A DNA stretch of 62,879 nt, counting the filler, from Stramenopiles sp. TOSAG23-2 (taxonomy: Eukaryota): the NCBI GenBank assembly GCA_900128395.1. It is 19 parts of 19 records of this genome, joined end to end, with 100 filler letters (N's around TTAATTAATTAA, not from the genome) between each part and the next. Parts side by side here need not be neighbours in the genome. Positions count along the whole stretch, not along the records: positions 30,996 to 34,330 come from LT651254.1; positions 34,431 to 37,763 come from LT651255.1; positions 37,864 to 41,194 come from LT651256.1; positions 41,295 to 44,620 come from LT651257.1; positions 44,721 to 48,044 come from LT651258.1; 14 more parts are not named here. One strand, given 5' to 3'. Shown here piece by piece: positions 34,051 through 45,440 of this stretch; positions within the stretch are counted from its first letter, which is position 1, and every line of letters starts with the position of its first letter. The notes under the pieces were generated by a model, which searched no databases, had not been told where the DNA came from, and was given only the letters and a program-made list of their open reading frames with translations. A program made the translations under genes and the position numbers.

Positions 34051-34479
34051 AAAAGGGTTCTGTTGTCGTTACATACTGGAAAAGTTTGCAATGGTGCACT
34101 TTTCCAGTACGTAACAGACGACGAAGATGGTGTATATATTACTGAACAATTCAAAACAATCTAGGCTAGCTGGGCTAGCCCGCTAGCCCAGCTAGGTTTA
34201 GGTTAATTTTACTGTTTTTATTATTGGTGATATTATAGCAGCAGTACCAGAGGTATTAGATCTGCACATCTGTGCATCTGCAATATCATTTATACTATTA
34301 CTAAAACAAAAAAGAAAGAATTAATATATANNNNNNNNNNNNNNNNNNNNNNNNNNNNNNNNNNNNNNNNNNNNTTAATTAATTAANNNNNNNNNNNNNN
34401 NNNNNNNNNNNNNNNNNNNNNNNNNNNNNNTAATTCCTTGATAGATAAATATTAGTAACACAATACAGAATATTTGGAC

Positions 34480-36825
34480 ATGGAAGATATTAATAATGGA
34501 AGCAAGAGGTTAAGGCAAGTTGTACCCTCCTTTAACGAAAACAATAAAAATGATGTGGAAAGCAATAAAAATGAAGACGAATATGATAGCTTGGATTTAT
34601 TTGAAGTACTTGAAGATAGGTATGCATACGAAGGATGCAATCGATTTATGTTTGTTTTTTTTTATTTTATATTTATATATTATCTCATAGCTTCACTGAC
34701 TTACAATGTTGATGTAGCGGGGGAAAAAGTGAAGTTGAAACGTAAACTAATTCCCAGTGACAATCATTTTGAACGTATAGACTATCATTCTTGGGCTTTA
34801 TCAACAATTGAAAAAATGATTCAAGATCCTAATTATTTTGGCGATAAAATGGTTTTAATGCGTATAGGTTTGCTTGTTAGCCCTGCTCTTTGCAATAACA
34901 CGGCAAAGCATCCAATTTTTGTCGGTGATAAGTCCAAGTATATAAATTACGTCCACAAATGGTCGTACGCACAATCGTATGAGTTAAATACAATATGTAA
35001 AGAAGTTTCGTCAGCGGATACAGATACTGGTACTATTAAGTTGCGCTCCATCTTAAGCACAAAATACAACCTTCATGTGTTACAACAATTACCATACATT
35101 CCAATTTATTCAGCAGAGTACCACCCTGACAATAGTTCCCAGATTGTTAACAAACAAATAAAGAATCTTAAAATAGCGTTAAACCAAGAGGCAAAATCAC
35201 TTCGAATTGAGGAAATATACATTGAAACTATAGATGCATTTGATCACATATGGTATTTTGCAGGCATGAAATTGAAAGATGAAGTAACTAAAACTTTCAC
35301 CCTTACTTCAAAATGTATTGGACTAATACCAGAAACCGACAATTATTTCTTTTTAATATATTATTTTATTGTCGTCATTTTTCATGTAGTATATTCATAT
35401 CGGCAAATAAAAGAAATATTGCGGTTAAAATCGTGTACTTCAACTACATGGTCAACAGTCGAATTTATAATTATGATTTGTGGCGCAATATTCTATACAG
35501 CCGTATTTGTATTGTTTTATGCAATACCATTTCCTGATAAGTTTTTGATGAAAAATGAATTTGGGAGTATCCACAAAATTGAGGAATCAACAACAATACC
35601 ATACCATGGGTTTACTCAATGGTATATTATTAATCGTGTTATGGCAGCACAAATTGGAGGTGCGTTTGCATTAGTATGTTTAATGATGTTAATGATTAAG
35701 GAAATATCGTGGCATAGCGGAGCCGGTGTGCTTACAAGCACGTTGGGGCAAGCGTATGGAGATATAATAGATACAATGTTTGTTGTCTTCATCATTTTAA
35801 TGGGAGTAGGATCGTATGAAAGTCTTAATTTTGGTTATTACGGGGGAAGTCCAGATTTTAATGGGATCGTTGCCAGTGTTTCAACCACTGCACGGTTGGC
35901 GTTTGGGATGTATGATTACGATAATTATCTTTCAGATGGTATGGGAGATGGATTTGAAGGTATTGGCTTAGGAAATGGATCCGCGTTTAAATATGCTACA
36001 CTGTGGGTTACATTTTTAATATTGGCCATTTGTATTGTCAATATTCTAATAGCTGTGGTATCAGATGGTTATGAAATTCATAAAGATAATCAACGATTGC
36101 GCACCAAAAGTGGAGAGACCATAATTCAATATGGCTGGCATCGCTTTCTTTATCACACAAGGTATCATTTTATCCCTTGGTTAAAAAAACACATATTTCG
36201 TATGGTGCAGAGCTCCAAGGAACCACTTTGGGCAAGGAAAATGCGATTTACTTCTTCGGAAGATGCCAGGATATTATTAGAGCATTGCGATTTAAGACCG
36301 GAGGATTATTTAATATTTGATAAAGCATTGCAATATAGAGTTTATCAAGAACTTGTAAGAACAAAAGATGAAGAAAAGATACAAGAGGTTAGCGGGCTAG
36401 AAAGACAAAATGTACTAGTGAGAAGCATTGATGAGGATGATCCATATTTTGAAAAAAAAGTAAGATTGTTCTTCTCCACAATTGAATCTGTTGAAATGTT
36501 AACGAAAATCATCAAAATAATATTTTCCGAGGACAAATCAAAAGCACATGTATTGAAAGATTCTTGGTCCAAACCAATTGATCAAAACGGGGAAAACGTG
36601 TATGAGAAAATTTGGAATTTATACAAACATAATAAAGAGGAGAAAGAGGAAAAAGAAGCAAAAAAAGTCGCAGGTAATCACGTGCGGAAAGTGGTTCAAC
36701 ATCTTGAAGACAAAATTACTCGTTTGGAGGAAAGACAGGAGGAATTACAAGCAGCTACAAATACAAAATTGGACGAAATGAACGCAAAAATGGCACAACT
36801 ATTAAAAATTTTACAGGAGAGTTGA
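34480..36825 (+). CDS. Polycystin-2/TRP-like cation channel
   Basis: S1, large extracellular loop, five further TMs, pore-like ARLAFGMYDY, S6 IVNILIAVVSDGYE and a C-terminal coiled coil. Confidence 0.8.
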   Translation: MEDINNGSKRLRQVVPSFNENNKNDVESNKNEDEYDSLDLFEVLEDRYAYEGCNRFMFVFFYFIFIYYLIASLTYNVDVAGEKVKLKRKLIPSDNHFERIDYHSWALSTIEKMIQDPNYFGDKMVLMRIGLLVSPALCNNTAKHPIFVGDKSKYINYVHKWSYAQSYELNTICKEVSSADTDTGTIKLRSILSTKYNLHVLQQLPYIPIYSAEYHPDNSSQIVNKQIKNLKIALNQEAKSLRIEEIYIETIDAFDHIWYFAGMKLKDEVTKTFTLTSKCIGLIPETDNYFFLIYYFIVVIFHVVYSYRQIKEILRLKSCTSTTWSTVEFIIMICGAIFYTAVFVLFYAIPFPDKFLMKNEFGSIHKIEESTTIPYHGFTQWYIINRVMAAQIGGAFALVCLMMLMIKEISWHSGAGVLTSTLGQAYGDIIDTMFVVFIILMGVGSYESLNFGYYGGSPDFNGIVASVSTTARLAFGMYDYDNYLSDGMGDGFEGIGLGNGSAFKYATLWVTFLILAICIVNILIAVVSDGYEIHKDNQRLRTKSGETIIQYGWHRFLYHTRYHFIPWLKKHIFRMVQSSKEPLWARKMRFTSSEDARILLEHCDLRPEDYLIFDKALQYRVYQELVRTKDEEKIQEVSGLERQNVLVRSIDEDDPYFEKKVRLFFSTIESVEMLTKIIKIIFSEDKSKAHVLKDSWSKPIDQNGENVYEKIWNLYKHNKEEKEEKEAKKVAGNHVRKVVQHLEDKITRLEERQEELQAATNTKLDEMNAKMAQLLKILQES

Positions 36826-37295
36826 AATATATTCGTAAGAAAAAAAAGAAAGAGACATGAAATACAACTATTATAATTTAATATGAAGCCATTCTTTTTA
36901 TCATTTATACCCTAACTAATCCATTTCAGAAGCACCACGTTAATCTTAAATTCACTTTTACCCGCAACCTTTACATTATGTATTACTATTTTACACTACT
37001 AAATTTCATAGCAAAAGAAATGGCGCCTAAGTATACTAAATATCATTGGTGTTTTGGTGTTAGCAGGTAGCAGGTAGCAGGCAATAATTCCTAAATAGAC
37101 GACTACCCACCCACAAGACTACAATCAACTACGAACTCGATCTTTAGAAGTATTTCTGCCGTGAAGATGAGGGGCGTTAGGATGGGGTAGCATTGGATTA
37201 TTTTTTGGAGGAGTTGTGTTTGATGGTGTTTTGATGCTAGAACCACAATTCATTAATTATTTGTTGTTGTATGTATGTAAATGATTCTGTGATGC

Positions 37296-37616
37296 TTAAA
37301 TGCCTGTAATAATAAATACAAATTCACCATTTATTGTCGAACAAAATTTCTTGACACTACTGCTTCTTGCACCAAACTCTTTCAAGAATAATGCGTCATT
37401 TGCCTCACGAAAAGCTTTTCTATCTCTCCATTCTTGATTAAGTTCATTGATACGTGTCGAGAATAACTTGACGTTGTTCATTTTGTTGTGAAAATATACT
37501 TCGATACGGGTTGGCTCTGACAATGGTTTCCCATAGCCACTTTCAGCATGTTTCAAACTGGTTGCTTTTTTGTTCCCAATCTTTGCATGTTTGGCCGTAA
37601 ACCATATTACTATCAT
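37296..37616 (-). CDS. Hypothetical small protein
   Basis: 106-codon ORF with coding-like composition; no motif recognised. Confidence 0.3.
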   Translation of the reverse strand: MIVIWFTAKHAKIGNKKATSLKHAESGYGKPLSEPTRIEVYFHNKMNNVKLFSTRINELNQEWRDRKAFREANDALFLKEFGARSSSVKKFCSTINGEFVFIITGI

Positions 37617-38391
37617 TGAGGAGTCTTCTGTACAAATAAAAATTTAGACTATAGCACACTACCGGTATTGTATATAGAAGGCGGCTACAAATCACCGCCA
37701 CCACCTTGTTCATTATTATTATTAAATTGTTCAGCCATTAATGCTTGTAAACGTTTCATTTCANNNNNNNNNNNNNNNNNNNNNNNNNNNNNNNNNNNNN
37801 NNNNNNNTTAATTAATTAANNNNNNNNNNNNNNNNNNNNNNNNNNNNNNNNNNNNNNNNNNNNTTTCTTCATGAAAATATTTTTTTTTAACATTTATTAC
37901 TTTTACGCTGTAATAGGCCTGAAAATATTTATATCATAGGACTTGTTAGAGTATGAATTGTGATGATTCGCCAGGTTTAGCATGGACATAGCAAGATCTC
38001 TACATACCTCAGCCGAGTACTTTAACCAGGTATAATAATTTGAAATACCTTAAAAAGTAAATATTGCAATATGTGCATACCTACGTACTATACCTGGTAC
38101 CTGGTACCACCAGTGGTATGCCAGAGAGAATTAGCTGTGCTTTTTTTTTGTTTTTTGATGGTGGTGGTTGTTGTTTTTTGTTGTTGCCCTTGGTTGACCA
38201 ACAAACGACGTGATGCAAAATGCAAAGCACCAAAGCAACCAAACCATAATTAAATATAATAATAAATAAACTGAATTAATTATATCGATACACGTGGATA
38301 TATATATTACATACATATACACATTAAAAAGAAACATTGCTAGTATAGATAGCATATTAATTATTTATAAAAACTTGTTGAGATATATGAT

Positions 38392-40575
38392 ATGAGTAGA
38401 GCTCAATTAGCAAAAGCTTTGGAGTTGTCGAAAAACAATGTTCCAAAACATGTAAATCCTTTAATACCTATTGCATCATCATCTGATGCATGGGAATGTG
38501 ACGGTTGCTCCGAACATCAACCAATCCATAGTGAAAGATATAATGATAATAAATTAGATTTTGATTATTGTAGAAAATGTGTTGAGAAATCTGGTACAGC
38601 TGTAATAGGTGGTTTGTTGCCATTGAAGCAAAATACAAGTAATAATTTAGCCAGTAGCACGGGGAAGAAAGTAAAGACAAAAAATATCGTGAAAAAAATG
38701 CCAATAGTAGAAGAACCAACCTGCCCGATAACAACACCTAGAGGTCCATTTTTATTTTTTGCAAGCAAAGCATTTCAACGTTTAATTAGTGGTGGTACAC
38801 CGTTAACATCAGTCTTAAAAGTTCTATATGCTCGATGGATAGCTTTGGCATCCAAAGAAAAAAGTGAATTTATAAAAATGTCAAAACAAGACGAAATACG
38901 ATTCAATAAAATTGAAAATACAGATAGTTATATTACTTACAAAGAAAAGGCTAAATTATTTTTATTTCCTCAAGGTATTGAAGTTTTAGAAAAAGATGTT
39001 GAAAATATTGGTGTATGGCAACATGATCATAATAGCTTGTGTGAAAAATGCGGTGAAAGTGGAGAATTATTGTTATGCGATGGTTGCAACGTAGTTTACC
39101 ACGCCCATTGTTTAAAACCAAAGTTAAAAGATGTACCTGATGAAGCATGGTTATGTCCTGAATGTTCAGAACAATTACTAACAGTATGGAATAAACAAGG
39201 TGGTACACCGAAAGCTACTAAATATGTAAAAGCGTTAACAAATGATAGTGATTACGAGGAGGAGGAGGAAGAAATATCTGAAGAGGAAAGTAGTGAAGAT
39301 GAAAAAATTAAGAAAAAAAAGAAGAAGAAAAAAAAGAAGAAGAAAGATAAGAAAGCAAAGAAGAAAAAGAAGAAGAAAAAACATAAACGACTTAAACGAA
39401 TTGAAAGTAGTGATGATGATGAAGAGATAGAAGATGAGGAAGAAGATGATGTTATTAATAATAATAATAATAATAAAAAAATAGATAGTAAACCTGCAAA
39501 GCCGCCTGTTGTTGTTGTACCGGGAAAAAAAGTTGCTATTCCTCTTGCTAAAAAGATGAAAAGTTCTTCCGCGTCTGCTCCTCTTTCCCGAAAAGTAATC
39601 AATCCACCACCTGTTTTAAATTATATCCACAATTATCCTGTAAGTCGGCCAAAGTCTATTTATGAAATTAGGATTGGTCAATACGTGACTGGGTATGTAC
39701 ACAATATTCAAGAGTTTGGCATTTTTATTGATTTTGGAGTTGGAAAACATGGATTGCTTCATAACAAGGAGGTTCCACCTACTGTAATGCCTACAATCAA
39801 ACGGAATGTCAAATTAAATGTCTTTGTTATATCGTGTGATATTAAAAATGGTAAGGCTAGAATTGGATTGAGCTTTACGCAAACCCCTCGCGATCGTAGA
39901 AGTCATTCGCGTTCAAGAGAACGAGCGCAAAATCAAATGTTTGTACAACAACCCTTAGGTGCCTTACCACGCCAAAATACATCGTTCGTGGGAGGGGGAC
40001 AACAGGGTATTTTAAAAAGAAGCAGACCCGTAGGGGGAAATAATGGTTTGTATCAACAACAACAACCTGAATTTAAACGTCGTCAAGTAGTTGGGCAGCC
40101 ACCAGCTGCCGAGGTATTAAAACCTATCATGATGCCCTCAAATCCTGCACCACCTGGCGTTGACCCACAATTGCAACAAATGTTACAGCAAATGTCGCAA
40201 TCGCAACAACATGGATTACCGCCACGTCAACAACAACAACAAATGCAATATCAACCACCAAGAGGTGTCATGCCTCCACAAATGCATGGAATGGCTCGTG
40301 GAAGAGGCCGTGACGCTAATAATATGCCAGCGTGGATGATGATGCAGCAACAAACAGCACCACCAGCGGCACCACCCATTATGCAACAACAACAACAACA
40401 GATGAATCCGGTTGTAAACAACGGTAGAGGACGTGGAAGAGGTAACAATATGCCGGCTTGGATGATACAACAACAGCAGCAGCAACAACAATTACAACCG
40501 ATAGCACAACAACAACCAACAAACGTTGACTCGCAAGTACTTGGACTATTAGATATGATTGCTGGTGGGAAATAA
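38392..40575 (+). CDS. Chromatin/RNA-binding protein: ZZ-like finger + HMG box + PHD finger + S1 domain + Gln/RGRG-rich tail
   Basis: WECDGC..DFDYCRKC; PRGPFLFF..W..L...EKSEF...SKQDEIRF; CEKCGESGELLLCDGCNVVYHAHCL..WLCPEC; GYVHNIQEFGIFIDFGVGKHGLLH. Confidence 0.9.
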   Translation: MSRAQLAKALELSKNNVPKHVNPLIPIASSSDAWECDGCSEHQPIHSERYNDNKLDFDYCRKCVEKSGTAVIGGLLPLKQNTSNNLASSTGKKVKTKNIVKKMPIVEEPTCPITTPRGPFLFFASKAFQRLISGGTPLTSVLKVLYARWIALASKEKSEFIKMSKQDEIRFNKIENTDSYITYKEKAKLFLFPQGIEVLEKDVENIGVWQHDHNSLCEKCGESGELLLCDGCNVVYHAHCLKPKLKDVPDEAWLCPECSEQLLTVWNKQGGTPKATKYVKALTNDSDYEEEEEEISEEESSEDEKIKKKKKKKKKKKKDKKAKKKKKKKKHKRLKRIESSDDDEEIEDEEEDDVINNNNNNKKIDSKPAKPPVVVVPGKKVAIPLAKKMKSSSASAPLSRKVINPPPVLNYIHNYPVSRPKSIYEIRIGQYVTGYVHNIQEFGIFIDFGVGKHGLLHNKEVPPTVMPTIKRNVKLNVFVISCDIKNGKARIGLSFTQTPRDRRSHSRSRERAQNQMFVQQPLGALPRQNTSFVGGGQQGILKRSRPVGGNNGLYQQQQPEFKRRQVVGQPPAAEVLKPIMMPSNPAPPGVDPQLQQMLQQMSQSQQHGLPPRQQQQQMQYQPPRGVMPPQMHGMARGRGRDANNMPAWMMMQQQTAPPAAPPIMQQQQQQMNPVVNNGRGRGRGNNMPAWMIQQQQQQQQLQPIAQQQPTNVDSQVLGLLDMIAGGK

Positions 40576-41296
40576 AAAAGATCAATGTTTGACGTTTATT
40601 GTTGAACAAGATTAAGCTTAATTAAAGGGAAGTTTCGGAGAGATTATTTAAAAAGATGTACGAAGTATAATATTATATATATATATGTATATATATATAT
40701 ATAATTATATAAACTTTACGTACATCAAGCTAAAGCTGGAACGCCTAATTAGAAAAAGTTTTTTATCGGGGTGTAAAATAACGCTTCTACTGTACCTCGT
40801 AAATTCTACTTTCTATAGGGCTTTCCGGCTTGGCTTTCCAGGCTTTCAGTTTTTATATAGGGTTTCCCGCAGTTATATACGTACTTTAAAATATAGTAGC
40901 TCTGTACTGATAGTTAAGTGGGAACGTTGGAACACACGAACCACGAACCACGAACACACGACGTATTATTATACATGTACAGTACCTATTTCCTCGTACT
41001 GTACAGTAGTACGCTCGACGCGGCGGTGGCGTTAGCTCTATAGCTCTATTCCAGGTATACTCTCATATTATACTCTCGTACGAGGAGTCGTACGCTCACT
41101 ATACGCTATGCTTTCCTTTTGGATTTTAAAATAAGCTTCAAACTCCCCTTACGCTAATCTTGCCCAACAATACAGTCCTAGTACTCTAATATATNNNNNN
41201 NNNNNNNNNNNNNNNNNNNNNNNNNNNNNNNNNNNNNNTTAATTAATTAANNNNNNNNNNNNNNNNNNNNNNNNNNNNNNNNNNNNNNNNNNNNCT

Positions 41297-43219
41297 GGTA
41301 AAGAAGAGAAAGCTGGCACTGTTGGTGTTGCCTCGAAAGAAAGACAAGAACCGAAAACGACCTTGGAATATGCGGAGGAATTAATGCACTTTTTACGTCG
41401 TATGCACACGTCATTGGTTTTTGAAATCGAAGCATTTTTGGAAGAATTGATTGTTAAATTTAAACCAGGGCCAGAAGAGGAACTGCTATGTGGCATTTAT
41501 GCTTTGCATCACAAATGTTTAGTATACAAACCGGAAAAGAAGATGGACGAAGAATTGTTACCGGCACATGTTGTTTCCGTTTTGGAAAGGATTAACAAAC
41601 GTTTTTTTACAAAAGATGATAAAGATGGAACCCCATCATCAATTGATGAAAAATATGCGGAATTCCGTGAATTATACAGCAGAAAATTTACACAAGATTT
41701 TTCTATAAACAAACGCCCATATTTAACTGTTGCGGTCCTGCTACGCCGTCTAGTCAAGTGGAAGCATTTGTTGAATGCTCGATTGGATTTAAGATTGAAC
41801 AGAAACAAGGAGACGGTGCGTTTAGAAGATTACAGCCCACGGTTGACATCGTTTTCAAGCGAAAAGATGGAAATTCCTGGTCAATACGTTGGTATGGATA
41901 GTGAACCGACGCAAATACAACATATAAAAATCAATTCCATTAATGCGGATTACGAAATTTTAAGAAGGCCAGGGTTGTCCCATACCCATCAATGCAGGCT
42001 GTCTATTTTAGGGGATGATGGAAGTTCAACTGATTTTTTAATACAATTCGCTGTACCAGATATTACCTTGTCGGACTTACGCATGTCGCAAATGTTCGAT
42101 TTATTAAATAGTGTTGCTGCATCGCACAAAATGTGTAGACAGAAAAACATCACAGTGTCAATACCCGTTGTAGTGCCAATTACGCCGCGAATACGTTTGT
42201 TGAAAGAATCCAAAACGTTCGTCACGTTATCCAGCATATACGATAAATTTTGTATGAGAAATGGCCGAGATGAATTAGAACCATTTTTCAAGTTGCAAAA
42301 TGCATCGATCGTAGATACTCAACCTGAATTTTTAGCCCCAGTTCCGAGGGAGGTAATTTCGAGGAAACAACGTATAGATGCATTTCAGGAGATACGTTAT
42401 AGTAAGTTACAAAGTTATGAGTCATATTGGCATGTTAGAAAGCAATTTACAGTGCAAACAGGCATTATCGGGTATTTGTCTTATTTATTGTCGATGGGAA
42501 AGCAAGATCCACATAAAATAAGCATAAACATGTCATCTGGTTTAATTCAATATGCAGATTTAAGACCAAATTACCAAACAAATGCAGAGGCAAATGACAA
42601 AAAAACTGATGTTGAATTAGGGACCGATGAGAGCGTTCCATTTAGGCTTACTCCAAATATCTCCCACTTCATTAGCCCACCAGGCATTAAAGGTGTTTTG
42701 GCCTCGACTATGATGGGAATAAGCAATGCACTGAAAGAAAACGAATCATTTGTAGAGGATTACTTGCATCTCTTTTTTAGGGACGATATACAAGCTTTCC
42801 AGAAAAAGCAAAGTAAATTGAACAGTGTAAGTGGTGCCAATAATAATCAAAATGCAAATGCGGATAAATTAAACCCTCCATCAAAAAAACAAAAAACATC
42901 AAAATTTTCATCAAATGATACAAGCAATGATACTAAATCAAATAAGGAAAGTCTTAGTGAGAATAGAGAAATGGAGAATACAGTTGATATTGGCTTTCAA
43001 AAATGTATATCAAAGAATGTGACTACAGTTTTGAATCGTATAAATTTGACTACTCCAGTCCATATGCCTCCAAAGTATGACCGGAGCACATGCATGACTA
43101 GCGGTAGACCATTAAATAAAGGAACAAAAACAAATAGTAATATCAGAGTATTGATTGACTGTGCCATGGATCATAAACAATTAGCACAAATGCCTGCTAA
43201 TTGGCAAAGTTGGTTGTAA
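41297..43219 (+). CDS. TRRAP: TRRAP/Tra1 C-terminus (FAT end, pseudo-PI3K domain, FATC), 5' partial
   Basis: FKPGPEEEL, MEIPGQY, VPITPRIRL, VPFRLTPNI and FATC LAQMPANWQSWL; lacks the active-kinase DRH/DFG motifs. Confidence 0.92.
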   Translation, partial: GKEEKAGTVGVASKERQEPKTTLEYAEELMHFLRRMHTSLVFEIEAFLEELIVKFKPGPEEELLCGIYALHHKCLVYKPEKKMDEELLPAHVVSVLERINKRFFTKDDKDGTPSSIDEKYAEFRELYSRKFTQDFSINKRPYLTVAVLLRRLVKWKHLLNARLDLRLNRNKETVRLEDYSPRLTSFSSEKMEIPGQYVGMDSEPTQIQHIKINSINADYEILRRPGLSHTHQCRLSILGDDGSSTDFLIQFAVPDITLSDLRMSQMFDLLNSVAASHKMCRQKNITVSIPVVVPITPRIRLLKESKTFVTLSSIYDKFCMRNGRDELEPFFKLQNASIVDTQPEFLAPVPREVISRKQRIDAFQEIRYSKLQSYESYWHVRKQFTVQTGIIGYLSYLLSMGKQDPHKISINMSSGLIQYADLRPNYQTNAEANDKKTDVELGTDESVPFRLTPNISHFISPPGIKGVLASTMMGISNALKENESFVEDYLHLFFRDDIQAFQKKQSKLNSVSGANNNQNANADKLNPPSKKQKTSKFSSNDTSNDTKSNKESLSENREMENTVDIGFQKCISKNVTTVLNRINLTTPVHMPPKYDRSTCMTSGRPLNKGTKTNSNIRVLIDCAMDHKQLAQMPANWQSWL

Positions 43220-43405
43220 ACAGAGAGAAGAGGAGAAGAGAGAGATAGCACTCAGCACTCTACTGTATCATATGCATACATATCATATGATATTATAATG
43301 GTGGTTAAAATCTAAGTTATATCATAATATCATCTGAAATAGATATATATTTAAACACACTATAAAATACTAATTTTATTAAAAAAAAACACGACATAGA
43401 AACAC

Positions 43406-44062
43406 TTAATCTTGAGTTGTTATTTTGTCTCCAGCCATACCTTTCTTAGCAAGTTCCATACCAACTTTACCTTTTTGTGAATTCATATCTTCTCTTGCAT
43501 GTTTTTCGTTTTGCGTATTTTCGTCTGTAGCGCCCATAGGGTCGATCTTTTTCATCGTCTCAGGGGTAACTCCACAAAATAAGGAGCATCCGTCAACACA
43601 TAACTGTCTATGAAGTTCTACTTCATTCGTTCCTTGTGCACATTTTTCAGCACACGATAACGCACATGGTGGAACTACCCAATCACAAGTTGGTTTTGCA
43701 TCTTTAACAGTGCAAGTACTCTCACATTGCAACGGGCCTAATGCACTATATGAACCTTTAATTGTTTGTATAACCTTATAGCTTAATTCTTTCCCTGGGT
43801 TCGTTGGGTTCGAGCTTCGTGGAGCTGTTTTACTAGAGATGGTTGGTGCTGGCATAAATTCAGCTTTCTTTTCTACTTTTGCGCCTACTTTTGCACCAGG
43901 CTCTAACATGCCACCGTGTGCCGCTGCCTTGTGAAACTTTTGTAAAAATTCTGTTGGTATTGTTTCATCTACCGAAACAACTCGACTTGGTTGTTTACTA
44001 ACAGGGACTGATGTACAGCTACCTACTAACAATATAACTAACAAACCTACAATTTTTTGCAT
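43406..44062 (-). CDS. Secreted Cys-rich small protein
   Basis: Signal peptide MQKIVGLLVILLVGSC; Cys cluster CESTC..CDW..CALSCAEKC..CVDGCSLFC. Confidence 0.8.
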   Translation of the reverse strand: MQKIVGLLVILLVGSCTSVPVSKQPSRVVSVDETIPTEFLQKFHKAAAHGGMLEPGAKVGAKVEKKAEFMPAPTISSKTAPRSSNPTNPGKELSYKVIQTIKGSYSALGPLQCESTCTVKDAKPTCDWVVPPCALSCAEKCAQGTNEVELHRQLCVDGCSLFCGVTPETMKKIDPMGATDENTQNEKHAREDMNSQKGKVGMELAKKGMAGDKITTQD

Positions 44063-45440
44063 GATTACTATAACACTTTCTTTTACGAAATATATTTATA
44101 CCTTGTTTCTGTTTTTTATACAATTATTATGCGATTATAGATTATCTATATATATATATAGATAGGTAGATAACATAACTTCTCTTGCTACATATCGTAT
44201 TTTTTTATCTATGCCGCCTCACTTTTTAGTTGTTAATTGGTAGGATCCATTTTTTTTTCTTCCTCATTTTTGATTTTCTGGATAATGCTATGTGTATGCT
44301 AAGTGGGGATATTTTTTAGGTATTAAAATACCATTTTTAAATAACGCATCAAATCCAGGGAAAACAATACCTATACAATACTAAACTATATTTGATTAAT
44401 TAATTACTTAATTTATAAAAATATTTATATTAATAAAAAATATCCGCAAAGCTATTAGCATAGGAATAGCATTATACTAGAGTTGTAGAGTAGGGAATTT
44501 TTTTCCAAAATTAGGCCCAGCCCGCTAGCACGCTGGCACGCCCAGCCCGGCTAGCAGGCCCACAGCATAAGAACGAATTAGAAAATTTTCTTCGAATAAT
44601 AATATTACTTGGTACAATAANNNNNNNNNNNNNNNNNNNNNNNNNNNNNNNNNNNNNNNNNNNNTTAATTAATTAANNNNNNNNNNNNNNNNNNNNNNNN
44701 NNNNNNNNNNNNNNNNNNNNTTTCATATTTATTTTTACGAAGTCGATTATTATTTTTCTTTTTTTTTTTTTAATAATAAACATCATCATAATAATCCTCA
44801 TCATCGTCTTGAACTTTATTCGATTTGTTAGGCGGTGTAATTGTACAATTCGATGCAGGTAATAAAAACAATATTAGTCCACAAATGCGATTTCAAATGT
44901 TTTCAGGAGGAACACAAGTTAGTCCAGCATAGGTAAAAAACATAAGATGATATTATACGTATAAATGATAAGGAGTGGATGTACATAAATACAAATTGAG
45001 GGTTTAAGGTGTGTCGTTTGAAAGAAGGGAATAAAATGAACATACATATATATATATAATACATACATTTGTACATACAAAAATTTATAAATGATTTATT
45101 AGTACTATTTTATCATACCATATTCATTTTATCCCGATGGTATTATTTAGAGTACCCAGGAGTACTGTAATTATGTACTTAACTGCATCAACATGCTGTG
45201 ACCATACTATATCCCCCCAAAATCCAATCTCACCCCGCGGGAGCCGGGAGTCGGGAGTGCGTCGAAAAACATTGAATGTGTAGTATCTTTTTCACCAGGA
45301 AAAAAAAAAGTAGAAAATACATTTAGAAAGGCATAGCAAAAATTCATATATATATATATATATATAATACATATTCTATTGTTAGATTATAGATACAGAC
45401 GTACATAGAATTACTATTAATAATATTATTATATATAAAA

